Below, in pieces: positions 10,469 through 19,277 of a DNA stretch of 64,000 nt. A program made the translations under genes and the position numbers. Position 1 is the first letter of the stretch. Every line of letters starts with the position of its first letter. The stretch lies in assembly GCA_028279595.1 (NCBI GenBank), contig JANQNK010000020.1:320001-384000 (forward strand), read 5' to 3'. This stretch comes from Thermoplasmatota archaeon (GTDB lineage Archaea > Thermoplasmatota > JAKEGO01). The notes under the pieces were generated by a model that did not search any database, had not been told where the DNA came from, and saw nothing but the letters and a program-made list of their open reading frames with translations.

Positions 10469-10562
10469 GGTGGAGGCACAGCTCTTCCACTCAAGGAAGT
10501 CCTGCCTGCTCATCCATAGCGTCACATCTTCCATCGGACGAGATGTGTTTTGTGCCTCCACC
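10469..10562 (+). ncRNA. Candidate structured non-coding RNA (multi-stem junction)
   Basis: A perfect 12-bp closing stem GGTGGAGGCACA/TGTGCCTCCACC encloses hairpins CTTCC/GGAAG, GCT/AGC and CACATCT/AGATGTG. Confidence 0.5.
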
Positions 10563-10706
10563 CCCAAGATTCCTGAGCCAGTGTGCTCAATTTCTATCTC
10601 TATTAGGCCTTGGTCTCGACCGTCTGCCTGGGAACCCTTATATCCGTGGACATGGTTCTGCGCCCGACGTCCACCACTTCAGGGGACGTTCGCGGAGGAT
10701 GGACGG

Positions 10707-11552
10707 ATGGAGTTCCCGAAGGCGATCAGCGGGCCGTACTGGCGATTCCAGCATTCCATGACCGGCAGGAGGGCCGCTAGGGAGGCCGTCCAGTACAGGG
10801 ACCGATTCGACTCCGTCGAGACCTACTGCATGTTCATAGGGTACCCCAGGAGCGGCCACAGCATGGTCGGGTCCCTCATGGACGCCCACCCCGACATGGT
10901 CATTTCCAACGAACTTGACGCCCTGAAGTACGTCGACCTTGGCTTCGACAGGGACCAGATCTATTACATGATCCTCGAGAACACCCGGGAGTACGCGAGG
11001 GCTGGCAGGTCGCAGACCGGATATTCCTACGTCGTGCCCAACCAGCACCAGGGCACCTTCCGCGACCTGAAGGTCATCGGCGACAAGAAGGGCGGGTCCT
11101 CGACATTCCATCTGAGGCGGGACCCCACTCTCCTCGACAGGCTCGGCAAGGTCGTATCCGTGCCGATGAGGTTCATCCACGTGACAAGGAACCCGTACGA
11201 TAACATCACGACCATGGCGACACGTTCCGGCAGGGACCTCGACGAGCGGATAGATACCTACTTCAAGTTCGTCGCGACCAACGCGACGGTACGGAAGAGG
11301 ATAGGGCCCGACGGTGTTCTCGACATGCATCTGGAGGACTTCATCGCGGACCCCGCGGCGAAATTGCGATCCATCTGTGAATTCATCGGGCTCGACGCTC
11401 CCGACGATTTCATAAAGGACGCGGCTGGAATAGTCTACAAGGAGCCGAAGAGGACCAGGGCCAAGATCAAGTGGTCCAAGAAACAGGTCGCTACCGTCGC
11501 GGAGCGCATCGAGCGGTATGATTTCCTGAAGGGCTACACCTACGAGAGTTGA
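10707..11552 (+). CDS. Sulfotransferase family protein
   Basis: PAPS-binding loop FIGYPRSGHSMVGSLMDAHP and FIHVTRNPYD. ATG 10707 follows GGAGGA; the track's upstream extension is probably not translated. Confidence 0.85.
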   Translation: MEFPKAISGPYWRFQHSMTGRRAAREAVQYRDRFDSVETYCMFIGYPRSGHSMVGSLMDAHPDMVISNELDALKYVDLGFDRDQIYYMILENTREYARAGRSQTGYSYVVPNQHQGTFRDLKVIGDKKGGSSTFHLRRDPTLLDRLGKVVSVPMRFIHVTRNPYDNITTMATRSGRDLDERIDTYFKFVATNATVRKRIGPDGVLDMHLEDFIADPAAKLRSICEFIGLDAPDDFIKDAAGIVYKEPKRTRAKIKWSKKQVATVAERIERYDFLKGYTYES

Positions 11553-11617
11553 GTTCTCCAGTCTGTCTCAATAAGTTAGAAATAAGAGGACTCCGATTGA
11601 GACCTGGAGGTTCTTAC

Positions 11618-12145
11618 ATGCCAGACCTGAGGGACCGTGTCGAGGACGACAGGGGTTTGATAAAGAAGATACAGATGGTCATCCCGGGATACCGCGGGTA
11701 CCGCAAGCGCGAGGACCTGAGGATCGCGGACAGCCTCCTCAGGGAGGAGGTCGCCAAGAGGATGGGTCGCGTCGAGAACGACGCCGATGACATCCGCGGC
11801 GAGCTCGCCGAGGAGATGGAGATGACCAAGATGAACGACCTCAAGGGGCTCATCTACGACATACAGACGTTCAGAAACAGGATCGAGCACGCCGAGCAGG
11901 AGTACTCGGGCATCTCGGCCGACTACAGGATACTGGAGAACGAGCTCGAGGCCCTCTACGAGTACGACCTGAAGCTCTTCAGTTCCGTCGATGTGATCCG
12001 GAAGGAGCTCCAGGGACTCGACCCGAAGCTCGACGACCCCGCCTTCAAGGTGAAGGTGAAGGAGGTCCGGGCAGTCATGAAGGGCATGCAGGAGGACTTC
12101 GACCTCCGTACGGAGACCATAGCGAACATGGTGGTGAGGAAATGA
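11618..12145 (+). CDS. Alpha-helical protein translationally coupled to the SPFH gene
   Basis: ATG 11618 after GGAGG; IPGYRGYRKREDLRIAD motif; ATGA overlap with the next gene. Confidence 0.8.
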   Translation: MPDLRDRVEDDRGLIKKIQMVIPGYRGYRKREDLRIADSLLREEVAKRMGRVENDADDIRGELAEEMEMTKMNDLKGLIYDIQTFRNRIEHAEQEYSGISADYRILENELEALYEYDLKLFSSVDVIRKELQGLDPKLDDPAFKVKVKEVRAVMKGMQEDFDLRTETIANMVVRK

Positions 12146-13284
12146 GCGTCATCGGAGCGGACACGATCGAATGGGCCCATTCGGACAAGGGCGATTACAT
12201 CATGTACAGGGTGCCGAGGAACGTGCAGTACAACGACAACGTCGTTGTCCGGGAGGACGAGTTCGTCGTCTTCTTCAGGGACGGCAAGGCTCTGCACCTG
12301 TTCGACAGGCCGGGGCGCTACGCGCTCACGACCCAGAACATACCGGTCCTGGCCAGCATAGTCAAGGGCCTTTCGGGCGTTCAACAGGTCGGCGAACTGT
12401 ACTACCTCCAGCAGAGGGAGATGCGGGGAAAGTTCGGCACGAAGGAGCCGCTGACCTTCCGGGACCAGGACTTCGGCCTCGTCCGCCTTCGGATGTTCGG
12501 ACAGTTCTCCTACCGGGTCGTCGATCCCATTCTATTCATAACCCAGTTCGTCGGGGCAATGGGCTATTCACACAGCGAAGAGGTCATTGACTGGATGAAG
12601 GCCCAGCTCGTGATGAACCTGAACGACGTCCTCGGTGAGCTCAAGCGCGACAAGGGCATCGGAGTGGCCGACCTTCCCGCCTATCTCGAGGAACTCGAAC
12701 AGCTCGTCCTCTCGAGGATCGGTGATGAGGCATCACGGTACGGCCTCCAGGTCATGAAGGTCGTCGGGATAAACGTCAATCTGCCCGAGGAGGTACAGGA
12801 GGCCGTCGACGCACGGGCCTCGATGGGCGTTCTCGGAGCGGACTACATGCAGTACCAGACCGGCAAGGCCATCAGGGACATCCCCGGTAGCGGTGGCGGC
12901 GGCGGAGGAACGGGCGACGCAGCCGCTGCAGGCCTTGGACTCGGCGTCGGAGCAGGTATGGGCATGGCGATGCCCGGTATGATCCAGGGTCAGCAGGGTC
13001 AGGGCGCCTCACCCGGAGCACCGCCCGTACCCAGCGAGACCGGCACTCCGTGTCCAGCATGCGGTGCGATGGTGCCGGCAGGATCGAAGTTCTGTCCCTC
13101 ATGCGGAGCGGCGATGACACCTCCGACCGAGAAGTGCGTGAGCTGTGGAGCAGAGATAGAGACGGGAGCGAAGTTCTGTCCCGAGTGCGGCGCACAGCAG
13201 AACGCCTCCCTGATCTGTCCGAAGTGCGACGCGCAGCTTCCTTTGGGAACGAAGTTCTGCTCGGAGTGCGGGAATCCGTTGTAG
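12142..13284 (+). CDS. SPFH/band-7 domain protein with C-terminal double zinc ribbons
   Basis: VVREDEFVVFFRDGK..PGRYALTTQNIP, KFGTKEP, Gly-rich linker, three CxxC-x(10)-KFCxxCG units. Confidence 0.88.
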   Translation: MSVIGADTIEWAHSDKGDYIMYRVPRNVQYNDNVVVREDEFVVFFRDGKALHLFDRPGRYALTTQNIPVLASIVKGLSGVQQVGELYYLQQREMRGKFGTKEPLTFRDQDFGLVRLRMFGQFSYRVVDPILFITQFVGAMGYSHSEEVIDWMKAQLVMNLNDVLGELKRDKGIGVADLPAYLEELEQLVLSRIGDEASRYGLQVMKVVGINVNLPEEVQEAVDARASMGVLGADYMQYQTGKAIRDIPGSGGGGGGTGDAAAAGLGLGVGAGMGMAMPGMIQGQQGQGASPGAPPVPSETGTPCPACGAMVPAGSKFCPSCGAAMTPPTEKCVSCGAEIETGAKFCPECGAQQNASLICPKCDAQLPLGTKFCSECGNPL

Positions 13285-13310
13285 TGGGTTGTGTACGCCC
13301 GAGCCCGTCC

Positions 13311-13354
13311 GATCCTCGGGAAGAATGTCTAGATCATCGTCCTTTCCGAGGATC
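13311..13354. terminator. Inverted repeat between convergent genes
   Basis: GATCCTCGGGAAG / CTTTCCGAGGATC, 13 bp with one G-U pair. Confidence 0.35.
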
Positions 13355-13444
13355 AGGCGATTCATGGAATCGCCGGTATCGGGGCTCTTCCCTCCCTCAC
13401 GTTGTCACCTATGTGGTCGTAGGTAGGTTAAGCGATGTACCCAT

Positions 13445-14089
13445 TCAACACTCGCAGAGCTCTCCTTCCCTTATTGTCCTGATCCCCTCGAAGACCAGGA
13501 AGGCCGCGATGAATAGCCCGGCGATCGGGTCGGCCTGCCAGAATCCGAAAAGGTAGTTCAAAGTCAGGCCAACCAGGACCGCAACCGAGAGCAACAAGCA
13601 CGCAAGTGTCTGCCTCGCGTCGGCGAGAAGGCTCCTCGACTTGACGGCGGCGCTGGTCTTCCGCTTCTCCATGAAGAGGATGGGCATGACGATGAGCGAT
13701 GCGAGCGCGATGGCCATTCCGGGGATCGAGGGGTCGGGCTCCTCTCCGAAGCGGAGCTTGTTGACGGACTCGTACACGACATAGACCGCGAGGATGATGA
13801 GCGTGATGCCGACCAGCTTGGCCGCCGTGTGTTCGAGGGCCTCCTCCCTCTCCTCGGTCGTCGACTCATGGGGCCGGAACCGCCATATCATCACGCTGCC
13901 GGATAGGGACTCGATGAACGAGTCCATCCCGAAGGAGACCAGGGCTATACTTCCTGCGAGGAGTCCGAAGAAGATCGAGACGATGCCCTCGACGATGTTG
14001 TAGAATACCGTGAAATAGGACAGGTGCAATGCCCTCTTGCGCTGGCTGGGGTCGATCCCGCAGGCGCAGTCGGAGTCACACTCAACCAT
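13445..14089 (-). CDS. Cation diffusion facilitator-like metal transporter lacking the C-terminal domain
   Basis: YNIVEG, SIALVSFGMDS, SLLADA and ADPIA motifs; about 6 TM; Cys-rich termini. Confidence 0.85.
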   Translation of the reverse strand: MVECDSDCACGIDPSQRKRALHLSYFTVFYNIVEGIVSIFFGLLAGSIALVSFGMDSFIESLSGSVMIWRFRPHESTTEEREEALEHTAAKLVGITLIILAVYVVYESVNKLRFGEEPDPSIPGMAIALASLIVMPILFMEKRKTSAAVKSRSLLADARQTLACLLLSVAVLVGLTLNYLFGFWQADPIAGLFIAAFLVFEGIRTIREGELCEC

Positions 14090-14141
14090 GGCAGACTAGA
14101 ACGATGCGAGAGATTAGAAGGTATCGCCTATTGACTGTCGA

Positions 14142-15128
14142 TCAGGAGCCATAGGTCCCCGTCCGCATCTCGTCCTCGATGGCCCTGAGCGCCTGGATCC
14201 TCTTGTAGGTCGGTGGATGGGTCGAGTGGAGCTCGGCCCAGGTCCCACCCCGGGTCTGTTCCTGTTCCAGTGCCAGCTCGAGTTCGCGCTCGTCTATGAC
14301 CCCGTCGCCGTTCAGGTCGTACTGGCTCTTGTTGTTGGCTATGTTCCTGATCTCCGCAGCTGCTGCCACACCATCAGCTATGTAGAACGATCGAGCGTTG
14401 CCCGCTTCGTCCTTGGGCGCGAGCGAGAGTCCGTAGGTGATCTTGACGAGGGCGGATGAGAGGGCGTGCGGGTTCCCGGTGATCTCCGATGAGTAGGCAT
14501 CGGCATAGTATTCCCGCACCCTCGAGAACCTGAGGACGATCATCTGACTGATGATGTACACTATCATCGACACCAGTCCGAAGGCGAGGATCGCCGCACC
14601 CTCGCGGGACCTCCCTCCGCCGAACCATAGCAGATGGGCGCCTATGTAGGCGAGGAGCGGTATCACTGAGAGGAACGTCATCATAGTAGCGTCCCTGTGC
14701 TTGATGTGGCCGATCTCGTGACCTATGACGGCCCCGATCTCCTCCTTGTTGAGCTGTTCCAGCAGGCCGGTGTGGACGGCCAGCCTCATGTCCCTCTTCG
14801 ACCGGCCCCAGACGAACGCGTTCGGTGTCCTGTTCTGGACTATTCCCAGCCGCGGCATCCTGACCTCGGCCCTCTGGCAGATCTCGCTGACCATCTGCTC
14901 CAGGAAGACGTTTGCGCCGGGCTCCAGATATTTCACTCCGCACGAGGACTCGACGACCTTGGCCGAGACCCACCACTGGATGAACATGATGACCGCTGTT
15001 ATGATTATAGCGACGAAGATCGGTAGACCGAGGAAGAGCGAGGCTGCCAGGAAGAGGATCAGCAGTATACCCATGAGGAGAATGAACGCAATTCCACTGT
15101 TCACCTTCAGAGCTCCCATCGATGCCAT
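14142..15128 (-). CDS. htpX: HtpX-like M48 zinc metalloprotease
   Basis: PNAFVWG, HEIGH, SRVREYYAD, STHPPTYKRI. Confidence 0.92.
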   Translation of the reverse strand: MASMGALKVNSGIAFILLMGILLILFLAASLFLGLPIFVAIIITAVIMFIQWWVSAKVVESSCGVKYLEPGANVFLEQMVSEICQRAEVRMPRLGIVQNRTPNAFVWGRSKRDMRLAVHTGLLEQLNKEEIGAVIGHEIGHIKHRDATMMTFLSVIPLLAYIGAHLLWFGGGRSREGAAILAFGLVSMIVYIISQMIVLRFSRVREYYADAYSSEITGNPHALSSALVKITYGLSLAPKDEAGNARSFYIADGVAAAAEIRNIANNKSQYDLNGDGVIDERELELALEQEQTRGGTWAELHSTHPPTYKRIQALRAIEDEMRTGTYGS

Positions 15129-15334
15129 GGTCGAACATCGCATTTCCGAATAAATAGGTTGCCGTCGACACGACGGTCAATAGGGTCACTTGCCAACGGT
15201 CATCTATCTATATCAGAGACGCGCGCGATGCGCCCCCTCGGGCCATCAATGCCTGTCGCCTGTTCTGACGAGGTTCCCGGTCGGCCGACCTCCTTCACAG
15301 CAATGATTATCTATCCATCCATCGTTCCGGAAGC

Positions 15335-16126
15335 ATGGTCGATATCGTCACCAGCGTGTCCTGCAAGGGGTGCGGCGCCCCGCTCAAGCTCCAGCCAGGT
15401 GAGGTCATCATCACCTGCGAGTACTGCGGTACCTCGTTCAACCAGGCGACGGACAAGGCGTTCATACTCGATCACAGCATCGTCCCGAACTCGCTGGACG
15501 AGAAGGCCCTGAAGGACATCGTGCGGGCATGGATGCGGGGCGGGACCAAGCCGCCGACGCTGGCCAAGGGCGCCAAGTTCGATTCGATCCAGCTTTCGTA
15601 CATACCATTCTTCGTCATCGATATCAAGACGACCACGAAGTACCGCGGGGGTATGACCCGTACGGGAGGATGGGTCGCGAGGGAGGGAACGATGGAGAAG
15701 GAGTACTTCTGGAAGGTCCTCGCTAGAAGGGCCAGCACCTTCCCGACACGGGAGTACGACATTCCGATATCCGCCAAGGAGCCCTTCGACCTCTCCAAGG
15801 TCCCGGAGGGCTGCAAGTTCCTCAACTCGGAGATGGACGACGACGAGGCCGTAACGACGGCGAAGCAGGGCATCGAGGACAACACCAGGTTCATCCTTTC
15901 CCAGGAGATCGACAGCGTCGACGAGATCTCCACGACCTTCGATGTAGATGAGATAGAGTTCCTCCACGCGCCGGTATGGGAGGTCAGGTACACGTTCAAG
16001 GGAAAGCCGTACGACGTCCTCGTCGATGGCGGCACGCGGACCGTCATCAGGGGCGATGTTCCGCCTCCCGACACATCCATGAAGGGATTCATGGGCACGA
16101 TCAAGCGAGGCTTTTTCGGAGATTGA
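15335..16126 (+). CDS. Zinc-ribbon protein of the type found near SPFH genes
   Basis: N-terminal CKGCGAPL...CEYCGT; YIPFF and HAPVWEVRY motifs. Confidence 0.75.
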   Translation: MVDIVTSVSCKGCGAPLKLQPGEVIITCEYCGTSFNQATDKAFILDHSIVPNSLDEKALKDIVRAWMRGGTKPPTLAKGAKFDSIQLSYIPFFVIDIKTTTKYRGGMTRTGGWVAREGTMEKEYFWKVLARRASTFPTREYDIPISAKEPFDLSKVPEGCKFLNSEMDDDEAVTTAKQGIEDNTRFILSQEIDSVDEISTTFDVDEIEFLHAPVWEVRYTFKGKPYDVLVDGGTRTVIRGDVPPPDTSMKGFMGTIKRGFFGD

Positions 16127-16203
16127 AGATAGGGCCTGTCATGTGTCCGATCTCGCACATTTATTTATATCGTCGAGGGACATTACAACGGTAGGTGGAC
16201 CGG

Positions 16204-16776
16204 ATGAGGGATACTGTCGTGACGAATCGGAGCATCAGGCGGTTCAAGCAGGATGAACGGGTCATGGCGGCGACCCTCAGGAAGTTCGTCGACCTCGCCA
16301 GGCAGACCGCCTCGGGCGCGAACCTCCAGCCCCTTCGATACATCATTGTCAGTGGCCCCGAAGCCTGTGATAGGATATTCCCGAACCTTGCATGGGCCGG
16401 ATATCTCCGTGACTGGGCCGGACCCGAGGAGGGCGAACGCCCGCCTGCCTACATCATAGTCCTATCGGAGGGCGTCCTATCGACAGTCTCGACCTACGAC
16501 CCTGGCATCGCGGCCCAGACGATAACGCTGGCGGCTGCCGACCAGGGCATCGGAGCATGCATGCTGGGCGCAATAGACCGCAAGGGCATCCGGAAGGCCC
16601 TCGAGATACCGGAGGGATTCGACGTCCTGCTCGTCATTGCCCTCGGCTGGCCTGCCGAGGAGGTCATCCTCGAGGACATCGGCCCCGACGGCGACGTCAA
16701 GTACTGGCGCGACGAGAAGAGGGTGCACCACGTCCCGAAACGGAGACTAGACGACATGATCATCGCTGAGCATTGA
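16204..16776 (+). CDS. Nitroreductase family protein
   Basis: RSIRRF, ASGANLQPL, GIGACMLG, HHVPKR. Confidence 0.92.
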   Translation: MRDTVVTNRSIRRFKQDERVMAATLRKFVDLARQTASGANLQPLRYIIVSGPEACDRIFPNLAWAGYLRDWAGPEEGERPPAYIIVLSEGVLSTVSTYDPGIAAQTITLAAADQGIGACMLGAIDRKGIRKALEIPEGFDVLLVIALGWPAEEVILEDIGPDGDVKYWRDEKRVHHVPKRRLDDMIIAEH

Positions 16777-16847
16777 CACCGACCACGGTATTTTGATATA
16801 CTAACATGTCTTACTGTGAATGACGGATCCGAACAGGGGGACTCGAT

Positions 16848-17639
16848 ATGCAGGACAACACGAAGAACGGACTTCTCATGCTTATGATCGGCACCTTGAT
16901 AGCCTTGGCGTCCAATGGAATCCGGGCTGCCGGCGCTATGGAACCCTGTCTCGGTGCTGTCGGTGGCCTTCTCTCACTCCTCGGTCTGCTATTCGTATTC
17001 CTCGGGAGGAAGGAGTTCGGAGAGGCCCACGCTAGGAACGTCTTCATCGCACTCGTCCTGATGGTCATCGGGATACTCATCGTTATAGCCGGTGGGTTCA
17101 TGATAGCCCTCGCCTTCCTTGCTGGCAATCCATCCTCCGTCTCCACGGGCTTCTACATCATCATCGTGGGCGGTATCGTGCTGGGAATTTCCAACTACTT
17201 CCTGCTGGTCGAGCTTGAGAACGACCTCGGCAAGAAGATCCTCATGGCAGCCGTTCTGGTGACCATAATGACCCAGTTCCTCGTGGCGGCGATCGCAGGG
17301 CCGGCCATCGAGGACATGATGGATACCCTCGACCAGGCCGAGGAGGAGGATTGGGAATCCGATGAACTCGAAGAGGAGCTGGAGGATTTCCAGAGGGATA
17401 TCTCGGTCGCCACCGCTCCGACCATGGCCGGTCAAGCGTTGATGTTGTTGGCGTTCTACATAGCGTACGACAGGATCAACAAGGGCGAGCTCCGTCCTCG
17501 CGAAGAGGTCAGGCGCAGAGGTCCACGCGGGCCGATGCCTCCCAGGGGCGAGCATCCATGCCGGAGATGCGGCTACCCGCTCGTATGGGTCGGAAAGTAC
17601 AGCAGGTGGTTCTGCGAGAGGTGCGACGACTACGACTAG
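16848..17639 (+). CDS. Multi-pass membrane protein with C-terminal zinc ribbon
   Basis: About 6 hydrophobic segments; CRRC...CERC at the C-terminus; GGGGG upstream of the ATG. Confidence 0.75.
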   Translation: MQDNTKNGLLMLMIGTLIALASNGIRAAGAMEPCLGAVGGLLSLLGLLFVFLGRKEFGEAHARNVFIALVLMVIGILIVIAGGFMIALAFLAGNPSSVSTGFYIIIVGGIVLGISNYFLLVELENDLGKKILMAAVLVTIMTQFLVAAIAGPAIEDMMDTLDQAEEEDWESDELEEELEDFQRDISVATAPTMAGQALMLLAFYIAYDRINKGELRPREEVRRRGPRGPMPPRGEHPCRRCGYPLVWVGKYSRWFCERCDDYD

Positions 17640-17698
17640 TCGCTCACCCACAACCGTTTTAACCTCCCGTCCCCCTAGCAAGATACGGGGGAACCGGA

Positions 17699-18475
17699 AT
17701 GGAGGAATGGACCACAGAGGACTGGAGGCGAAAGCTCGACCAGCAGGCCGAGGAGAGCCACGAGTACAGGCACAAGTTCTACGACATGGTCGACCTCGGG
17801 AACGCGGGGAGGATCCTCGATGTCGGCTGCGGGACGGGCGGGATCACCCGGGACATCGCCCTTTCGACCGACGGTGAGGTCTTCGGGATCGACATCGACC
17901 TCGAGAAGATGGAGATCGCCGGCAAGGTCCTCGCCGATGTCCCCAATGCCATGCTCATTGAGGCGGATGCAAAGGACCTTCCCTTCGAGGACGATTACTT
18001 CGATCTCGTCGTATTCCATCTCGTCCTGATCCACATCGACGACCAGCAGGCCGCTGTTAACGAGATGGCCCGTGTCGTCAGGCCCGGAGGCATCGTGCTC
18101 GCGACCCTCGAACCGGACTATCTGACGAAGGTCGATCATCCGGAGAACATGTTCTACGAACACTTCCTCGAGGGCCTCAGGGACCTGGGCGCCGACCTGA
18201 CGACGGGCAGGCGCCTCAAGGAGATGTTCACACTTGCCGGACTGAAGGCCGAGGTGGGGGTCGAGACCGAGACCCAGTACCTTCTGATCCGGGACGACGA
18301 GAAGGAGATGAAGAAGTTCGAGGACAGCATGTGGTTCCGGGAGAAGATACTCAGGAACCAGGGGATGCCCGAGGAGCGGATCCACCAATACCAGGAGGAG
18401 AAACGTTCTGCGATCGCCGAGGGCAGGAACTTCTCGATGACCATTGCGATGTGGGCGATCGGCCGCAAGGAGTGA
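17699..18475 (+). CDS. Class I SAM-dependent methyltransferase
   Basis: ILDVGCGTG, LPFEDDYFDLV, EMARVVRPGG. Confidence 0.92.
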   Translation: MEEWTTEDWRRKLDQQAEESHEYRHKFYDMVDLGNAGRILDVGCGTGGITRDIALSTDGEVFGIDIDLEKMEIAGKVLADVPNAMLIEADAKDLPFEDDYFDLVVFHLVLIHIDDQQAAVNEMARVVRPGGIVLATLEPDYLTKVDHPENMFYEHFLEGLRDLGADLTTGRRLKEMFTLAGLKAEVGVETETQYLLIRDDEKEMKKFEDSMWFREKILRNQGMPEERIHQYQEEKRSAIAEGRNFSMTIAMWAIGRKE

Positions 18476-18577
18476 GGTCCAGAAACGGTCTTCGATCCAT
18501 CACATTGGGATATGAACATATTCCAGTTCCGATCCATATCGTCGATCTGCGAAATTGTCCCAACTCTTCAGATATCC

Positions 18578-18623
18578 TTTAATATGAAAACGTCGACAGA
18601 AAACCGACCGACGGTCGGTCGGT
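18578..18623 (+). promoter_or_regulatory. TATA box plus palindromic operator of the TetR gene
   Basis: TTTAATAT (18578-85), then ACCGACCGA-CGG-TCGGTCGGT (18603-23), a perfect 9-3-9 inverted repeat over the expected transcription start. Confidence 0.7.
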
Positions 18624-18639
18624 CACTTGGGGTGATCTG

Positions 18640-19275
18640 ATGGCGAACGGTTCCGATCGTAAGAAACAGATAATGGAAGTTACCGAGGACATGATCTGCG
18701 AGCAGGGCTACGACAAGACCACCGTCGAGGCGATCATCACCGAGATCGGGATAGCCAAAGGGACCTTCTATCATCATTTCAGGTCGAAGGAGGAGGCCCT
18801 GGACGCCATCGTCGACGACATCCTCGACGATATGAGGACGAACGTGGAATCCATCGTCGCGGACGGGGATGCGGACGCGGTCCTGAAGCTGGACAGGATA
18901 TTCCAGTTCTTCTGGGAGGCGACCTTCTCCCGTCAGAAGTTGTGGGACTGCATCCTCGAGGAGCAGAACGCATACTTCCATACGAAGTTCGACAACAAGC
19001 TGGCACGGCTGCTGGTCCCGAACTTCATGAAGGTGATCGAACAGGGTGCCGGAGAGGGTACGTTCGATGTTCCGGATACATTCGTCTGCGCGAACGCCGT
19101 GCTCGGTGCCACATTCTTCACTCCCCGGGAGAAACTAGACCAGTATGAGTACGATCCCGGACCCAACTACACCGAGAACAACTGCCACATCCTCGAGAGG
19201 ATATTGGGAGCAGAAAAGGGAGCGTTGAGGAACTGCCTGACGCGAGGGGTAGTCCTTGAAGGAGAGGAGGCTTGA
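18640..19275 (+). CDS. TetR/AcrR family transcriptional regulator
   Basis: GYDKTTVEAIITEIGIAKGTFYHHFRSKE HTH. Confidence 0.93.
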   Translation: MANGSDRKKQIMEVTEDMICEQGYDKTTVEAIITEIGIAKGTFYHHFRSKEEALDAIVDDILDDMRTNVESIVADGDADAVLKLDRIFQFFWEATFSRQKLWDCILEEQNAYFHTKFDNKLARLLVPNFMKVIEQGAGEGTFDVPDTFVCANAVLGATFFTPREKLDQYEYDPGPNYTENNCHILERILGAEKGALRNCLTRGVVLEGEEA

Positions 19276-19277
19276 AG

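Noticed and set aside
10324-10761. 145-aa ORF and the N-terminal extension of the sulfotransferase ORF across the structured region
   Set aside because: Atypical composition, crosses promoter-like AT tracts, and a better start with an RBS exists at 10707.
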